From Chryseosolibacter sp. (GTDB taxonomy: Bacteria > Bacteroidota > Bacteroidia > Cytophagales > Cyclobacteriaceae), in contig DASWTM010000051.1 in the NCBI GenBank assembly GCA_036402115.1, forward strand, positions 184 through 64,183: 64,000 nt of DNA, read 5' to 3'. Each line of letters begins with the position of its first letter. Position 1 is the first letter of the stretch. Below, piece after piece: positions 59,380 through 64,000 of the stretch. Position numbers and translations under genes: made by a program. The notes under the pieces are model-generated. The model saw only the letters and a program-made list of their open reading frames with translations, was not told the DNA's origin and made no database searches.

Positions 59380-61641
59380 ATGGGAAAAAAGAAAAAAGAA
59401 GAACGCTCGAAAAGCAAAAAGAAAAAGACCAGAGACCAAGCCGGCAAAATCTACGCTCAGATCCTGAGTGTGCTCGATGAGCAGGCCGGAAAAGGCATCA
59501 CGCTAAAGCAAATCATTAAGCGGCTTAGCCTCAAGAAAAAAGAAGACATCAAAAAAGCTGGTTACTTCCTGGACGACCTTGTCGAAGAAGGAAGAATCAC
59601 CCAGCTTAGCAACGGAAGTTATATTGGAGCCGGAGGAAAAGCACGTTCGGGTGGTCATCGCTCCGGAGAAGAATTTCAGGGAGTTGTCGACCATGTTAAC
59701 TCGCGTTTCGCGTATGTTAAAATTGGCGAAGACAAATCCGACATCTATGTTAAAACACAGGACCTCGGTTCAGCCGTTGACGGTGACACGGTGAAAGTTG
59801 CTATTTTCCCCACCCGTCATGGTGAACATCCGGAAGGGAAAGTGGTAGAGATCGTCAAGCGAAACCGGAACCGCTTTGTTGGGAAAATTGAAGTATCGAA
59901 AAATTTCGCGTTTGTCGTTGCTGACGCGCGAAAAATTCACACTGACTTCTTCGTTTATCCAGAGCACATCAATAATGCGAAGTCCGGTGATAAGGTGATC
60001 GTTGAAGTGACCTCGTGGGCTGACGATGATCGAAAACCTGAAGCAAAAGTCGTTGAAGTTTTAGGAAAGGCTGGAGAGAATGAAGCGGAGATCCACTCGA
60101 TCATGGCGGAGTTTGATCTTCCGTTTAAATTTCCTGAACAGGTTCAGCGCGAGTCTGAAAAGATTGAAGAAGGCATCACCGAAGAAGAGATCAAAAAGCG
60201 CAGAGATTTCCGCGATATCACAACGTTTACGATTGACCCTGCAGACGCAAAAGATTTCGATGACGCGTTATCTTTTAAGCGACTTCCAAACGGCCGATAT
60301 GAAATTGGTGTGCACATCGCTGACGTAACGCATTATGTAAAGCCAAACACAGCATTAGAGACGGAAGCGTATGATCGCGCAACATCCGTCTATCTTGTCG
60401 ACCGTACCATTCCAATGCTTCCGGAGCGATTGTCAAATGAGTTATGTTCGCTTCGTCCGAACGAAGACAAGCTGACATTCGCAGCCGTCTTTGAAATGGA
60501 TGATCGTGGAAAGGTTTACACCGAATGGTTTGGCCGTACCATCATTCACTCGGACAAGCGATTCACCTACGAGGAAGCTCAGGAAGTAATCGAAACCGGA
60601 CTCGGTCCTTTTTCTGAGGAACTCATCATCCTGAATGATCTTGCAAAAAAAATTCGTAAGGAACGATTTCAGAAAGGTGCAGTTAACTTCGAGACCACCG
60701 AAGTGAAGTTCAAGCTTGACGAAAAAGGAAAGCCTCTTGCTGTCATTCCGAAAATCAGAAAAGACGCACACAAGCTGATCGAAGAGTTTATGCTTCTTGC
60801 GAACAAGCAGGTTGCAACCTTCGCTTACAATTACAAAAAAGGGAAAGAGAAGAATACATTTGTTTATCGTACCCATGATCTGCCGGATGAAGAACGCGTG
60901 AAAGACTTCGCCATGTTTGCACGTCAGTTCGGTCACAAGATGCAGGTAGACGAAGGTTCGATCAGCAAGTCGCTGAACAACCTGATGGAGGAAATTGAGG
61001 GCAAGCCCGAGCAGAACGTGCTCGAACAGCTTGCCATTCGCACGATGGCAAAAGCGAAGTATACGACTGAACCTAAAGGTCACTTCGGGCTGGCGTTTCC
61101 TCATTACTCGCACTTCACCTCTCCGATCCGAAGGTATCCTGACATGATGGTTCATCGTCTGTTACAAATGTATCTGGACGACTCAAAGCCAGCGAACAAA
61201 ACGGAATTTGAAGAACGAAGCATTCATTCCTCGGAAAGAGAAAAACGCGCGGCTGATGCTGAACGTGCTTCCATCAAATACAAGCAGGTCGAATACATGA
61301 CCTATGCCGAGAAGAAGGTATACGAAGGATTGATTTCCGGTGTAACGGAATGGGGTATTTATGTCGAGATCATTGAAACAAAATGTGAGGGCATGATTCG
61401 CATGTCTGACCTGACTGACGATTTCTATGAATACGATGAAAAGAAATACCGTATCATCGGCAGAAGGAATCGCAAGGTTTACACGCTAGGTGATCGGATT
61501 ACGGTAAAAGTAAAGCGCACCGACATCGACAAACGTCTTATCGACCTGGTGCTTATCACTGAAAAGCCGGCAGCGGCAAAGGCTGAATCGAAAGTTGATG
61601 AGGACGATGACGATAAGTATAATGATGAGAAATTTGATTAA
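59380..61641 (+). CDS. rnr: Ribonuclease R
   Basis: FTIDPADAKDFDDALS, VHIADV, SVYLVD, HFTSPIRRYPD, C-terminal S1 domain. Confidence 0.96.
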   Translation: MGKKKKEERSKSKKKKTRDQAGKIYAQILSVLDEQAGKGITLKQIIKRLSLKKKEDIKKAGYFLDDLVEEGRITQLSNGSYIGAGGKARSGGHRSGEEFQGVVDHVNSRFAYVKIGEDKSDIYVKTQDLGSAVDGDTVKVAIFPTRHGEHPEGKVVEIVKRNRNRFVGKIEVSKNFAFVVADARKIHTDFFVYPEHINNAKSGDKVIVEVTSWADDDRKPEAKVVEVLGKAGENEAEIHSIMAEFDLPFKFPEQVQRESEKIEEGITEEEIKKRRDFRDITTFTIDPADAKDFDDALSFKRLPNGRYEIGVHIADVTHYVKPNTALETEAYDRATSVYLVDRTIPMLPERLSNELCSLRPNEDKLTFAAVFEMDDRGKVYTEWFGRTIIHSDKRFTYEEAQEVIETGLGPFSEELIILNDLAKKIRKERFQKGAVNFETTEVKFKLDEKGKPLAVIPKIRKDAHKLIEEFMLLANKQVATFAYNYKKGKEKNTFVYRTHDLPDEERVKDFAMFARQFGHKMQVDEGSISKSLNNLMEEIEGKPEQNVLEQLAIRTMAKAKYTTEPKGHFGLAFPHYSHFTSPIRRYPDMMVHRLLQMYLDDSKPANKTEFEERSIHSSEREKRAADAERASIKYKQVEYMTYAEKKVYEGLISGVTEWGIYVEIIETKCEGMIRMSDLTDDFYEYDEKKYRIIGRRNRKVYTLGDRITVKVKRTDIDKRLIDLVLITEKPAAAKAESKVDEDDDDKYNDEKFD

Positions 61642-61742
61642 GCTGCGAGCCTCGAGCTACGAGCTTCAAGCCTAGTTCGGTTTGACGTAAATCTATCAGC
61701 CAATGACTATGTGCTTGCAGCTTGTAGCCTGCAGCTTGAAGC
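61641..61742. repeat. Heptamer inverted cassette (AGCTACG / GCTTGCA-like)
   Basis: agctgcgagcctcgagctacgagcttcaagc vs gcttgcagcttgtagcctgcagcttgaagc. Confidence 0.75.
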
Positions 61743-61814
61743 CTTGCCCCAGCTCAATAAAATTTCATAACAATTCCCGCCACTTTCGGTTATCCTCAAT
61801 ATCTTGAGCGCGAA

Positions 61815-62777
61815 ATGAACTATTACCTCTCCCTGGTTGAAAAAGAAATAAAGTCACAGAAGTTCGGCAAGCAGCCGGTTTCACTTTATGAGCCCATCCG
61901 CTACATCATGAGTCTGGGCGGAAAAAGACTTCGCCCGTTATTGACCTTATCTGCTTATTCGCTTTACAAGCAAAACGTAAACGATATCATTCCATACGCT
62001 GCCGCGGTAGAAGCTTTTCACAACTTCACGCTGATGCATGACGACATTATGGATAAAGCTCCTCTCCGGAGAGGAAAACAAACTGTCCATAAAAAATGGA
62101 ATGTCAATACGGCAATTCTTTCGGGCGATGTAATGCTCGTGAAGGTGTATGAAATGTTTCTTTCCCTTGAGGGTGAGAAATTAAAGGAAGTTTTGAAGGC
62201 TTTCAACGTCTGCGCGGCCGAGGTATGTGAAGGTCAGCAGTGGGATATGGAGTTTGAAACAACCGACAAAGTTTCCGAGGCGCAGTATATCAACATGATC
62301 CGGTTGAAGACTGCCGTACTTCTGGGCTTTAGTCTTGAGTTGGGCGCTATCCTTGCCAATGCTACGCCTGAGGATCGCAAGGCACTGCGGGAATTTGGCG
62401 TCAACATTGGAATCGGATTCCAGTTAAAAGATGATTTGCTCGATGCCTATGCGGATCCGAAAAAATTCGGAAAGCAGCTAGGAGGTGATATTATCGCGAA
62501 TAAAAAAACCATCCTCCTCATTCGCGCCCTTGAAAAAGCAAAGGGTAAAGAAGCGAAAGAACTCTCACACTGGTTATCTTCAAAAAAATTTAACAAAACA
62601 GAAAAAGTCAAAGCGGTAAAAAGCATTTACGATGCACTCGGTATCCCAAAGACGGTTGAGAAAAAAATTAATCAATACTTCGAAAAAGGATTCAAAAGTC
62701 TCGAACAAATCGCTCCATCAACACAAAAGGAATTTCTTATCGAGTTTACAAAGAGCCTGATCGAACGCGAAGTCTAG
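61815..62777 (+). CDS. Polyprenyl (geranylgeranyl/farnesyl) diphosphate synthase
   Basis: GGKRLRP, HDDIMD...RRG, GQQWD, KTA, FQLKDDLLD. Confidence 0.93.
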   Translation: MNYYLSLVEKEIKSQKFGKQPVSLYEPIRYIMSLGGKRLRPLLTLSAYSLYKQNVNDIIPYAAAVEAFHNFTLMHDDIMDKAPLRRGKQTVHKKWNVNTAILSGDVMLVKVYEMFLSLEGEKLKEVLKAFNVCAAEVCEGQQWDMEFETTDKVSEAQYINMIRLKTAVLLGFSLELGAILANATPEDRKALREFGVNIGIGFQLKDDLLDAYADPKKFGKQLGGDIIANKKTILLIRALEKAKGKEAKELSHWLSSKKFNKTEKVKAVKSIYDALGIPKTVEKKINQYFEKGFKSLEQIAPSTQKEFLIEFTKSLIEREV

Positions 62778-63069
62778 AATCCAAAAACCGCTTCAATCTC
62801 AGGTTGACTCAAATGCACTATCCCTTTCCGCCAGCGATGCTAATGCTCTCCACACAATCCCGGAGGGACTTCCTGCTTACAACGCACGCACTCTGATCGT
62901 GGCTCCACGCCACATGATGCCGAAATAGAAAGCACAACTCGCCCTGGCGCGAAATGCACAAACTAATTAATAGAAGGCGCACCAGATGTTAAGAACACGT
63001 GGATGTATCAGGGCTCCGATAGGATCGGTATAACGTTGCTGATCTCCCCTCCATGTCGTAACTTCCGTT

Positions 63070-63921
63070 ATGCAACTAACGCCCGACCAAATTGCCGCTT
63101 ACCACCGCGATGGATACCTGGTACTGAAACAGTTCTTCAGCAAACCTGAAGTAGACAAACTCTATCAGACAGCCCTGCAAGACGATGCCATGCGCAAGAA
63201 CGCGCTTGACCTTAACGATCAAACCGGGAAGAAGACTCGTCTCTCACTGTGGTTTACTCCGGGAAACGATGTGTTCGGTTATATGACTCGCAGTCAGCGG
63301 ATGATCGATGCCATCAAGCCACTCCTTGACAGCGATTCCCCCGTCTGCCACTTCCATTCGAAGTTGATGCAGAAGGAACCGCGTGTAGGTGGAGCGTGGG
63401 AATGGCACCAAGACTACGGCTACTGGTACAAGAATCAGTTTATGTTTCCGGATCAACTGATTAGTGTCATGATTGCGCTTACCGAGGCCAACAAGGAAAA
63501 CGGATGCCTGCAGGTCATCAAAGGCTCGCACAAACTTGGGCGCGTCAATCATGGTTTCGCGGGAGAGCAGGTCGGTGCCGATATGGTGATGGTCAACAAT
63601 TCGCTTCAAACCATGCCCCTCATCTACTGCGAGTTGCAGCCGGGAGATGCCCTGATATTTCATTCAAATTTACTCCACCGATCCGAAGCAAATCTTTCGG
63701 ATCGTCCGCGCTGGTCAGTGATCTCGTGCTACAACTCCCAGTCTAACCTCGCCTACAACGAAACATCAACCGCCTGGAAGGTGCCTGTGCAAGTCGTTCC
63801 TGACAACGCTATTCTTCAATGGGAGGCAGAGTCTCTCTCCAATGCCGATTTCCTCAAGAAGGAGAACGACCCTGCGCTGAAGGAGACGGGGTGGGAGAAG
63901 GAAGTGGCTACGAAGAAGTGA
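63070..63921 (+). CDS. Phytanoyl-CoA dioxygenase (PhyH/EctD-like) Fe(II)/2OG dioxygenase
   Basis: WHQD (HxD), NGCLQVIKGSH, PGDALIFHSNLLHRS. Confidence 0.88.
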   Translation: MQLTPDQIAAYHRDGYLVLKQFFSKPEVDKLYQTALQDDAMRKNALDLNDQTGKKTRLSLWFTPGNDVFGYMTRSQRMIDAIKPLLDSDSPVCHFHSKLMQKEPRVGGAWEWHQDYGYWYKNQFMFPDQLISVMIALTEANKENGCLQVIKGSHKLGRVNHGFAGEQVGADMVMVNNSLQTMPLIYCELQPGDALIFHSNLLHRSEANLSDRPRWSVISCYNSQSNLAYNETSTAWKVPVQVVPDNAILQWEAESLSNADFLKKENDPALKETGWEKEVATKK

Positions 63922-63926
63922 TTCGA

Positions 63927-63958
63927 AATTTAAGATTTAAGATTTAACATTTAAGATT
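63927..63958. repeat. ATTTAAG heptamer tandem repeat (left arm; the partner arm probably begins at the window edge)
   Basis: aatttaagatttaagatttaacatttaagatt. Confidence 0.7.
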
Positions 63959-64000
63959 GATCGGGCTCCAAAGTGTGTACCACACACAATCTAAAATCAC

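Noticed and set aside
60442-61155. 237-aa ORF antisense to rnr (likewise 47362-48021 antisense to the ABC gene)
   Set aside because: Codon-bias shadows of well-conserved genes, with no protein-like motifs.
62778-63069. 292-bp gap upstream of the PhyH-like gene as a riboswitch
   Set aside because: I found no recognisable aptamer consensus or strong terminator/antiterminator by eye.

Overview
Gene-dense chromosomal window from a Bacteroidota bacterium, most likely Cytophagales. The evidence is TAnnTTTG -7 promoter elements, the conserved nusB-ytxH-DUF1573-yajC-ybbR-coaE cluster, and DUF5686/DUF4293-type genes. It contains the end of a sugar-utilisation operon (galK, galM, GH2, GH127-like), TPR sensor kinases with one LuxR regulator, dinB, nadD, and a selenouridine module (mnmH and selD) with two unknown genes between them. 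It also contains two GH78 rhamnosidases, a carboxylesterase, a GH172, an RND efflux system, MdlA/MdlB-like ABC half-transporters, a di-heme MauG/CcP-like lipoprotein with a beta-barrel partner, htpG, lipB and rnr. I saw no tRNA, rRNA, CRISPR array or transposase. The most unusual signal is in the ~930-bp non-coding gap 31577-32504. It holds two diverged tandem copies of a ~140-150-nt minus-strand unit, each with conserved promoter-like blocks, three hairpins and its own intrinsic terminator: a candidate pair of sibling structured sRNAs that I cannot match to a known family. Many intergenic gaps also carry inverted cassettes of 7-8-bp tandem repeats or REP-like palindromes. All product calls come from motif recognition by eye, not from database searches.
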